From assembly GCA_964567285.1 (NCBI GenBank), contig CAZMLO010000006.1, positions 73,303 through 137,302 on the forward strand: a stretch of 64,000 bases of DNA. The letters are read 5' to 3'. The position numbers and the translations under genes were made by a program. The notes below the pieces were generated by a model. It had not been told where the DNA came from. It worked only from the letters and a program-made list of their open reading frames with translations, and made no database searches. The stretch comes from an uncultured Gammaproteobacteria bacterium. GTDB lineage: Bacteria; Pseudomonadota; Gammaproteobacteria; JAIEPX01. Positions 40,652 to 48,543 of the stretch are shown here, piece by piece (positions within the stretch are counted from its first letter, which is position 1; each line of letters starts with the position of its first letter).

Positions 40652-41667
40652 TATTCTTTACCTTCCAATTTGCGTAGTTTTGTCACAGCAACATTATGCT
40701 GCGCTAAAGTAGCAGAAAATTCGTGAGAGCCATCGCCTTTGCTCACATAATACAGCGAATCTCCATCAGCGGGATGCAAGGCGGCTTGTATCGCGCTTAA
40801 ACCTGGACTGGCTATTGGTGTTGGCGGCAACCCTTTAAATAAGTAAGTATTATACGGGGAATTGACTTTCAAATCATCTTTGGTGATATGCCCCGTATAT
40901 TTTACACCCACCGCATAAATCACAGTAGGATCGATTTGTAACAACATGTTTTTTTGCCAACGCCGTAAAATAACGCCAGCTACTTGGGGACGTTCTGAAG
41001 ACACAGCCGTTTCTTTTTCAATCAATGAGGCCACAATCAAAGCGTCCTCCTCTTTCAGATAAGGCAAATTTGGCGCTCGTTCTGGCCAGAGTTTTTTAAG
41101 GGTCTTATCCATTAAATGCTCAGATTCTTTTAATAAAGCCAGATCACTGGTTCCCCGAGCAAATTTGAAGGTACTCGGAAAAAACAGGCCCTCAGGATTT
41201 TTATCGGGTTGGCCTAAAAGCGCCATAATTTCTTGGGGTGATTTGTCTTGGATGTTGTGCTGAATATAAGGATTTTTCGATAAAGCTTCGACAATCTGAT
41301 TAAAACGCCAACCCTCAACAAAAGTAATATCGCGGTATCGAACTTTTCCGTTCACTAATGTTTGCAAGACTTTTGCTGGTGTAATTTCAGTGGGAATTTG
41401 ATACTCCCCTGCTTTAATATGGCCAGTTAAATTTTTTAGTCGTGCTACTAATACAAAAGCGCGAGGCCGTTTTATAACACCCTCAGCGTGCAAAATATCG
41501 GCGATTTTACCAATGCCACTGCCAGGTGGTATATAAATTTCAGCAACTTGGAGATTTTTTGCAGGAACAATATAAAAGCCTAACCACTCTATTGTTAAGC
41601 ACAATACTAAGGTTGTTAATGCGATTGCTACAACAAAATAGCCATACGTGCGCGCAACTGATCTCAC
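40651..41667 (-). CDS. mltG: endolytic murein transglycosylase MltG (YceG)
   Basis: N-terminal TM, ASLIEKET, and a YNTY...GLPP.PI..PG motif. Confidence 0.9.
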   Translation of the reverse strand: MRSVARTYGYFVVAIALTTLVLCLTIEWLGFYIVPAKNLQVAEIYIPPGSGIGKIADILHAEGVIKRPRAFVLVARLKNLTGHIKAGEYQIPTEITPAKVLQTLVNGKVRYRDITFVEGWRFNQIVEALSKNPYIQHNIQDKSPQEIMALLGQPDKNPEGLFFPSTFKFARGTSDLALLKESEHLMDKTLKKLWPERAPNLPYLKEEDALIVASLIEKETAVSSERPQVAGVILRRWQKNMLLQIDPTVIYAVGVKYTGHITKDDLKVNSPYNTYLFKGLPPTPIASPGLSAIQAALHPADGDSLYYVSKGDGSHEFSATLAQHNVAVTKLRKLEGKE

Positions 41668-41670
41668 ACC

Positions 41671-42909
41671 CTAAATCTTCTTAAAAATTAAACTACCATT
41701 GGTTCCACCAAAACCAAAAGAGTTTGATAAAACAGCATTGATTTTTCGCTCTTGAGCTTGATGGGCGACGAAATTCAAATCACAACCTTCATCGGGATTA
41801 TCTAAATTAATCGTAGGCGGACAAACTTGATCACGCAATGCCAACACAGAAAAAATAGATTCCACAGCACCGGCTGCTCCTAACAAATGGCCTGTCATTG
41901 ATTTTGTAGAACTCACCGCTAAACGATAGGCATGATCACCAAAGGTTTCTTTAATGGAAGCTGCTTCAATCACATCACCGGTCGGTGTCGAAGTTCCATG
42001 CGCATTAATATAATCGATCTCTTCTGGCTGCATATTGGCATCGCGTAAGGTATTTTTCATTGCAGCGACAAAACCTTTTCCATTTTCATCCGGTGATGTA
42101 ATGTGATAAGCATCGGCACTCATACCAAAACCCGCTAATTCAGCATAGATTTTTGCACCCCGCGCTTTGGCATGTTCATATTCTTCTAAAACCATGACAC
42201 CAGCGCCTTCTCCCAACACAAAACCATCGCGATCACGATCCCAAGGACGGCTCGCCTTTTGTGGTTCATCATTACGCGTTGAAAGTGCACGCAATGCAGC
42301 AAATCCACCCACACCCAGTGTGGTTGTCGCCATTTCGGCACCACCCGTTAACATTACATCGGCATCACCATAGGCAATCATTCGTGCTGCCGTACCGATA
42401 TTATGGTTGGCTGTTGTGCACGCCGATACAATCGAAAAATTAGGACCTTTCAGCCCAAATTTAATGGAAACCACACCTGCGACCATATTGATAATAACGC
42501 TGGGAATAAAAAAAGGATTGATTTTTCGTGGACCCGATTTCACTACCACATCATGCATTTGTTCGATCGCAGGCAATCCACCAATACCCGATCCGATTAA
42601 TGCACCAATTCGATCGGCATTTTGTTCGGTAACTTCTAAGCCTGAATCCTCGAATGCTTGGTGAGCAGCTGCTACACCAAATTGAATAAATAAATCATTG
42701 CGCCGCGCTTCGCGGTTATCCATATAAGGTGTAACATCGAAATCTTTGACAGCGGCAACAATTTTCGCCGCATAATCGGTGGCATCAAATGAGCTAATTA
42801 ATCCGACACCCGATTGTCCAGCAACAATAGCTTTCCATGTCTGTTCAACATTTAAACCTAAAGGAGAGACCATTCCCATGCCTGTAATAACAACGCGACG
42901 ACGACTCAT
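41671..42909 (-). CDS. fabF: 3-oxoacyl-ACP synthase II
   Basis: RRVVITG.G, SACTT (active-site Cys), HGTSTP..D and NSFGFGG.N motifs. Confidence 0.95.
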   Translation of the reverse strand: MSRRRVVITGMGMVSPLGLNVEQTWKAIVAGQSGVGLISSFDATDYAAKIVAAVKDFDVTPYMDNREARRNDLFIQFGVAAAHQAFEDSGLEVTEQNADRIGALIGSGIGGLPAIEQMHDVVVKSGPRKINPFFIPSVIINMVAGVVSIKFGLKGPNFSIVSACTTANHNIGTAARMIAYGDADVMLTGGAEMATTTLGVGGFAALRALSTRNDEPQKASRPWDRDRDGFVLGEGAGVMVLEEYEHAKARGAKIYAELAGFGMSADAYHITSPDENGKGFVAAMKNTLRDANMQPEEIDYINAHGTSTPTGDVIEAASIKETFGDHAYRLAVSSTKSMTGHLLGAAGAVESIFSVLALRDQVCPPTINLDNPDEGCDLNFVAHQAQERKINAVLSNSFGFGGTNGSLIFKKI

Positions 42910-43005
42910 AATATTTCTCCTTCGGTAATGATAATCAGCTCAATCACTGAAGTGAGTAATTGTCCTAAAAAGTAAAACTACTCACCTCAAAAAACGACGA
43001 TTGGA

Positions 43006-43275
43006 TTAAGCGGCATCTTTGACATGATTTTCGATATAATCGACAGCGTGCTGAACCGTAGTAATTTTCTCGGCGTCTTCATCCGGAATTTCAATTTCAA
43101 ATTCGTCTTCTAAAGCCATTACCAGTTCAACAGTATCCAGAGAATCAGCGCCGAGATCGTCAACAAAAGAAGCAGTCATGGTAACTTCATCTTCCTTAAC
43201 GCCTAACTGTTCCACAATCTTGCTCACTACTCGATCTGCGATCTTCTTGACTCGATCTTCAATAATTGCAGCCAT
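43006..43275 (-). CDS. acpP: acyl carrier protein (with small N-terminal internal duplication)
   Basis: [20 protein letters not shown] with the phosphopantetheine Ser. Start [12 protein letters not shown] at 43275; the ORF-track start is 43332. Confidence 0.93.
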   Translation of the reverse strand: MAAIIEDRVKKIADRVVSKIVEQLGVKEDEVTMTASFVDDLGADSLDTVELVMALEDEFEIEIPDEDAEKITTVQHAVDYIENHVKDAA

Positions 43276-43522
43276 TAACCTGTCCTCATAAAAAATGACA
43301 AAAAAGGTTGGTGTATTGCCAACGCCAACCACCTAGTTTATTCAAACCTTATTAACTTGCAAGCTCTTATTTCTTTGTCAGTCAACAATATATCAATATG
43401 TCGCAAATAACGCGCGATAAACCCCAAATCTGTGCATCAGAAACGGCTCTTGCAAGAAGCATAAGAGCGCTAAAAAATTAGGCTCAGGGGAGCGGTTCCC
43501 GCTTAAGCAGGAACTCCTGGGC

Positions 43523-44272
43523 TTAAGACATGTACATCCCGCCGTTCACATGCAGCGTCTCACCGGTGATATACGATGCAGCATCAGAGGCCAGAAAGGC
43601 AACTGCATTGGCGATATCCTGCGGCTGACCAATGGCTTGAAGAGGAATTCGGCTCAAAATTTTGGCTTTCTGATCATCGGTCAAAATATCGGTCATTTCA
43701 GTAGCAATGTACCCAGGTGCAACAACATTTGCTGTGATACCCCGGCTTGCGAGTTCTTGTGCTACCGAGCGATTAAAACCAATTAATCCTGCTTTGGCGG
43801 CTGCATAATTCGCCTGACCAGGACTGCCCATCGTGCCTACTATAGAACTAATGGAAATAATCCGACCCCAACGCGCTTTCATCATGTTGCGAATACAGGC
43901 TTTAGTCAGATGAAAAATAGCGGACAAATTGGTGTTGATAACATCACCCCATTCATTCTCTTTCATGCGAAGTAATAAATTATCGCGAGTAATGCCGGCA
44001 TTATTCACCAATATTTGCACGATCCCCTGTTCGGCTTCTATTTTTTCTAAAGCTTCAGAGATGGAATCCGTTTTAGTGACATCCAAGACCATAGACTTAC
44101 CTGCATATCCTGCAGCTTTTAAGTAGTCTGCAATCGATTGTGCACCCGATTCGCTGGTTGCAGTTCCGATCACAAAATGTCCTTGCTTTGCTAATTCCAA
44201 AGCGATCGCTTTACCGATACCACGAGTGGCGCCTGTCACTAAAGCAATTTTTGGTTGATTTGTATTTTCCAT
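43523..44272 (-). CDS. fabG: 3-oxoacyl-ACP reductase
   Basis: TGATRGIGKAIA, NNAGI and the Y..AKAG catalytic motif. Lies between fabD and acpP. Confidence 0.95.
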   Translation of the reverse strand: MENTNQPKIALVTGATRGIGKAIALELAKQGHFVIGTATSESGAQSIADYLKAAGYAGKSMVLDVTKTDSISEALEKIEAEQGIVQILVNNAGITRDNLLLRMKENEWGDVINTNLSAIFHLTKACIRNMMKARWGRIISISSIVGTMGSPGQANYAAAKAGLIGFNRSVAQELASRGITANVVAPGYIATEMTDILTDDQKAKILSRIPLQAIGQPQDIANAVAFLASDAASYITGETLHVNGGMYMS

Positions 44273-45216
44273 TAAACGGTTTCTCCTAAAAGTGTGGACA
44301 AGGATAATTCTTCACTCAGTGCGATGACTTCCATCGTGCTATCGATGCGTTTCACTAAACCGGCTAAAACTTTTGCAGGGCCACATTCCCACGAAACTGA
44401 AATGCCATTCGCAGTTAAAACCTGAATCGTTTCTACCCAGCGAACAGGATGATCCAACTGTTCTGCTAAAGCCGTACGAATTTCATCCGGATGATCATGC
44501 GTTTTTACATCCACATTGTGAATAATTTTAATTCTGGGTGGACGAATAGTTAGTTGATTTAATTCTGCATTTAATTTTATTTTTGCAGGTTTCATCAAAG
44601 CACAATGCGAAGGTACACTGACCGGAATTTTTTTCGCGATTTTTGCACCCTTCGCTTTTGCTAAATCAATTAAGCGCTCTACCGCAGTATTTTCACCAGC
44701 AACCACCGTTTGTCCGATCGCATTAAAATTAGCAGGAGCAACAATTTGACCTTGAGAAGCTTCTGTACAGAGCGCATTAATATGTTCATTTTCTAGGCCA
44801 ATAATAGCTGCCATAGCACCAAACCCGACGGGGACTGCTTCTTGCATATAACGTCCTCGAGCTTGAACTAATTTGAGTGCATCACCAAAATCTATAGACT
44901 CAGCACAAACTAAAGCGCTGTACTCTCCCAAGCTATGCCCTGCTAAAAAAGCCGGTTTTTCCTGCTGGTTTTCGATCAGCAAACGCCATAAAGCGACACT
45001 GGCAGCAAGCAAAGCAGGTTGAGTAATTTCTGTTGAATTTAATTTTTCTTCAGGACCTTCCGCAATAATCTTGCCTAAATCATAAGCAAGATAGTCAGAA
45101 GCTTCTGTAAAGGTCTCTGAAATTATAGAGTATTTCTGCGCGAGATTCATCAGCATTCCAACTGACTGGGAACCTTGCCCTGGAAAAATTACCGCTAAAT
45201 CGTTTCTCGACATTTT
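44272..45216 (-). CDS. fabD: malonyl-CoA:ACP transacylase
   Basis: FPGQGSQ.VGM and GHSLGEYSAL motifs. ATG at 45216 has a GGAGA SD; the ORF-track start is 45240. Confidence 0.93.
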   Translation of the reverse strand, partial: KMSRNDLAVIFPGQGSQSVGMLMNLAQKYSIISETFTEASDYLAYDLGKIIAEGPEEKLNSTEITQPALLAASVALWRLLIENQQEKPAFLAGHSLGEYSALVCAESIDFGDALKLVQARGRYMQEAVPVGFGAMAAIIGLENEHINALCTEASQGQIVAPANFNAIGQTVVAGENTAVERLIDLAKAKGAKIAKKIPVSVPSHCALMKPAKIKLNAELNQLTIRPPRIKIIHNVDVKTHDHPDEIRTALAEQLDHPVRWVETIQVLTANGISVSWECGPAKVLAGLVKRIDSTMEVIALSEELSLSTLLGETV

Positions 45217-45297
45217 TTGATCTCCATTTAAGCCGGCCATTTAAGGGGGCAGGACTAACATTGAAACATTAGGGTAACCTGTGTTAGATCTTAGCCC

Positions 45298-46314
45298 TTA
45301 TGCTTTTAATAATTGTGCCACTTGATGTTCAATTTTATCATGCACATTACCATTAGCTTCGATAATGGCTTCTTGAATAGCATGAGCAAACGCAGGCACA
45401 TCAGCTCCACCATGGCTTTTAATCACAATTCCACGCAAACCAATCAAGCTAGCGCCATTTCGACGACCTGGATCGATAGCGAACTTTAATCGATTAAAAA
45501 CGGGACGAGAAAATAAGGCCACTAGTTTGGTCCAAAAATTCGCTTGGTAAGATTGTTTCAAATAATGGGCAAATAATTTCGCCGAACCTTCTAGCGTCTT
45601 TAAAGCGACATTACCAACAAAGCCATCACAAACTACCACATCAACATTACCTGAAAAAATCGCATCGCCCTCAACATAACCGATATAATGAATAATTTCG
45701 CTATCATTTAATCGTTGTGATGCTTCTTTGACTTGTTCATTCCCTTTAATTTCTTCAGAACCAATATTTAACAAACCTACTCGCGGCGCCTCAATATTAT
45801 CTGCGACTTTGCATAACAAAGATCCCATGATGGCAAATTGAAAAAGATTTTCAGCGCTGGAATCGACATTCGCTCCCAAATCCAGAACGCGGACTTCTTT
45901 TTCAGGGTGCATAGTGGGTAAACTGGTAATTATGGCAGGGCGGTCTACACCTGGAATCATTTTTAGCACAAAGCGCGCAATGGCCATCAAGGCTCCGGTA
46001 TTACCGGCGCTCACACAGGCTTGGGCTCGGCCTTCTTTAACCAAATTTATAGCCACTCGCATCGATGAATTTCGTTTAGAGCGGAGCGCTACAGAAGGAA
46101 GATCATCCATGCTCACGACTTCCGAGGCAGGTTGAATCTCTATTCTATCTTGCAGTGGCGAAGAGGTTATTCCTGCACGAAGTGCTTGCTCATCTCCCAC
46201 CAGGATCAAATGCAAATTAGGATTCTGTGCCAAGGCATTTAATGACGCAGGGACAGTCACTACGGTTCCATAGTCACCGCCCATTGCGTCAATCGCAATG
46301 GTTAACTGTTCCAA
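45298..46314 (-). CDS. plsX: phosphate acyltransferase PlsX
   Basis: IAIDAMGGD, GNTGA and DGFVGNV.LK motifs. Lies downstream of rpmF. Confidence 0.93.
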   Translation of the reverse strand: MEQLTIAIDAMGGDYGTVVTVPASLNALAQNPNLHLILVGDEQALRAGITSSPLQDRIEIQPASEVVSMDDLPSVALRSKRNSSMRVAINLVKEGRAQACVSAGNTGALMAIARFVLKMIPGVDRPAIITSLPTMHPEKEVRVLDLGANVDSSAENLFQFAIMGSLLCKVADNIEAPRVGLLNIGSEEIKGNEQVKEASQRLNDSEIIHYIGYVEGDAIFSGNVDVVVCDGFVGNVALKTLEGSAKLFAHYLKQSYQANFWTKLVALFSRPVFNRLKFAIDPGRRNGASLIGLRGIVIKSHGGADVPAFAHAIQEAIIEANGNVHDKIEHQVAQLLKA

Positions 46315-46319
46315 GGGAT

Positions 46320-46517
46320 TTACTCTTCGTCGTCTGAGGGAACTTCTGCTTTAACAACAACTTGGCGACCACGATGGAATCCATCGGGTGTCATATGATG
46401 TCGGCGATGGGTTTCACCGCTGGTTTGATCTATCGTTAATGCGGGATTGGTTAGCGCATCATGTGATCGTCTCATTCCACGTCTGGAGGGTGGAACACGA
46501 CTCTTTTGTACTGCCAT
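46320..46517 (-). CDS. rpmF: 50S ribosomal protein L32
   Basis: [19 protein letters not shown] start, with the typical C-terminal region. Confidence 0.93.
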   Translation of the reverse strand: MAVQKSRVPPSRRGMRRSHDALTNPALTIDQTSGETHRRHHMTPDGFHRGRQVVVKAEVPSDDEE

Positions 46518-46642
46518 CTCTAAAGTCTCCTAATAACAAGGCTGAATTGCGCATTATGATAAGCAAAGTCCACAGTTGTGTCAAAGATTAAATCATTATA
46601 TAGTGCCGCTTATTGTTATTTAGGCTTGCATAAGGAGATCCA

Positions 46643-47194
46643 ATGGCCTCAATTTCGCGCTTCATACTCTTGTCCTTTTCCCTTATCGCGTTGACCTGGA
46701 CCTTCGAAGCGAAGGCAAAACCCCCACAAATTTGCTATTGCCCCTGTCCTACGGCTCCTGTTGTCAACTTGAAAGACCCTAAAATTGGACCCATTCGATT
46801 ATTAAATTGGGTGAGTGACGCTGCCACCCTGTCTTTCCATTACGACTATCGTGACATCGAGAAGTGGATGAGGGAATATTCACCCTACTTCGACACCCGC
46901 GGTTGGTTTCATTACTACCAAGCACTCAAGAATTCAGGCAATCTAGAGAAAGTCGCTCAAGATCAAATTACAGTCAGTTCTGTACCGCTAGCACCCGCTA
47001 CAGTCCTCTGGGAAGGGGTTGATTTAGAAGTATACAAATGGCGTGTACAAATTCCTTTGCTTGTTCAGTACCAATTTGCTTCCGGGAAACTTATTCAACA
47101 GAAGATGTTGGTCAATATGTCGTTGCGTAGAATACCTGATTCTCTCGGTAAAGATGGCATTGGCATTGAGAGATTTATTGCGAAACCAATTTAA
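46643..47194 (+). CDS. IcmL/DotI-family protein (type IVB secretion-related paralogue), signal peptide
   Basis: The pattern W..DA...SF.YDY......YF...GW..Y..AL..SGNLE.V......VSSVP.APA......G...Y.W.VQIPLLVQYQ......GIGIE.FIA mirrors my recollection of Legionella IcmL/DotI. No other dot/icm genes lie nearby. Confidence 0.6.
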   Translation: MASISRFILLSFSLIALTWTFEAKAKPPQICYCPCPTAPVVNLKDPKIGPIRLLNWVSDAATLSFHYDYRDIEKWMREYSPYFDTRGWFHYYQALKNSGNLEKVAQDQITVSSVPLAPATVLWEGVDLEVYKWRVQIPLLVQYQFASGKLIQQKMLVNMSLRRIPDSLGKDGIGIERFIAKPI

Positions 47195-48128
47195 TGGCTT
47201 TTGCAAATATTGGATCTAGGGTCGCGCAAAAAGTAAGAGGTTGATTGATTCTGGGATCTTTTAGGGTGATGCTGGCGGCATGTAGATACAGGCGATGTTT
47301 TAGGCCTACGAGTTTTTTATCGCGTTCTCTGTCGCCGTATTTGGGGTCCCCTACTATGGGGTGCTTTATGGCTTTGGCATGAACCCGGAGTTGATGAGTT
47401 CGGCCAGTCAGGGGCCTGGCTTCCACTAAAGTTGCCTGTGCAAATCGTTTAATCACACGAAATTCTGTGTGGGCCTCCTTTCCATCGCGACTGACTCTCA
47501 CAATTCGTTCGCCGGATTCAAGCAGGTCTCTTTGGAGTGGCAAGTCCACATTACGGCGATCAAAGGTACAGACCCCATGAACCAGCATCAAGTAGGATTT
47601 TTTAACGACCTTAGCCTTAAATTGTTCCTGTAAATTCTTGTTTATACTGGCTTTTTTACAGATCAGCAAACAGCCGGAAGTGTCTCGATCCAAACGATGA
47701 ACCAATTCTAACATTTTAGCCCGAGGCCTAAGTAATCGCAGCGTTTCAATCACGCCGAGAAGAACCCCGCTTCCGCCATGAACCGCAATCCCCGCAGGTT
47801 TATTTAGGACTATAATGTCTTGATCTTCAAAGATAATGTGTGATTCCAAATCTTGTAAACGACGACTGGCCTTGTCTAAGCATAGTGTCGGGGCAGACTC
47901 CGCACGTCGAAAAGGCGGAATTCGCAGCAAATCGCCACTTTTTAGGCGATAATCCGCACTAACTCGCCCCTTATTAACCCTTACCTCACCGGCCCGAATT
48001 GCTCGGTATAGCCGAGATTTTGGCACTCCCTTGCAGGTTTTAATCAGATAATTATCAAGACGTTGCTGATCAGCGCTCTCATCGATTTGGAGGGTCTGAA
48101 CGGTCTGAGATCTGCCTTTGCTGTCCAC
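47175..48128 (-). CDS. rluC: 23S rRNA pseudouridine synthase RluC
   Basis: S4 domain plus HRLDRDTSGCLL and RTHQLRVH motifs. Divergent from rne as in E. coli. Confidence 0.88.
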   Translation of the reverse strand: MDSKGRSQTVQTLQIDESADQQRLDNYLIKTCKGVPKSRLYRAIRAGEVRVNKGRVSADYRLKSGDLLRIPPFRRAESAPTLCLDKASRRLQDLESHIIFEDQDIIVLNKPAGIAVHGGSGVLLGVIETLRLLRPRAKMLELVHRLDRDTSGCLLICKKASINKNLQEQFKAKVVKKSYLMLVHGVCTFDRRNVDLPLQRDLLESGERIVRVSRDGKEAHTEFRVIKRFAQATLVEARPLTGRTHQLRVHAKAIKHPIVGDPKYGDRERDKKLVGLKHRLYLHAASITLKDPRINQPLTFCATLDPIFAKAIKLVSQ

Positions 48129-48135
48129 GAATTGT

Positions 48136-48164
48136 TTGCTCTTAAAGTGAAAACTTGCTATACT
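48136..48164 (+). promoter_or_regulatory. candidate rne promoter
   Basis: TTGCTC (48136-48141), 17-nt spacer, TATACT (48159-48164). This would give a ~370-nt 5' UTR, close to the long E. coli rne leader. Confidence 0.4.
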
Positions 48165-48170
48165 ACTTCA

Positions 48171-48543
48171 GTTTGAATGAGTATTCACTGATTAAAGATA
48201 GTTCAGTGAAATTGCGCAGATTATATCATAGAAACAGGCCTCTGGCCGGCGCAAATGAATTTGATGATTGGATACCAATTGGGTATTGTGGTTATTGGCC
48301 ACAATGAGAATTAAACCGCATCGCGTTTTGGAGTTTTAAGATTATCCTCAAGGAATAGTTTTAATGTGGGTGATGGAAGAAAATGGCAGAGTCAATGAAA
48401 ACACAGTTTAGAATAAAACAGCTCGTCTGCATCACGAAAGGAATCACGAAGTATTTCGAATCACATTATTGTGTGAGCACACCTTAACCTGAGCTTCAAT
48501 GAATCAAAACAACTCAGCGCGTTGCTTAAATGAGTTGATTGAA
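48171..48543 (+). promoter_or_regulatory. long rne 5' UTR (candidate RNase E autoregulatory leader)
   Basis: Non-coding stretch between rluC and rne containing several hairpins (e.g. attgtgg-ttattgg-ccacaat). Position and length match the known E. coli rne leader. Sequence homology not verifiable by eye. Confidence 0.4.

Noticed and set aside
48499-48543. 15-codon N-terminal extension of rne in the ORF track
   Set aside because: Alignment with the conserved RNase E N-terminus (M.RMLINA) places the start at 48544 or 48553. The extension has no counterpart.
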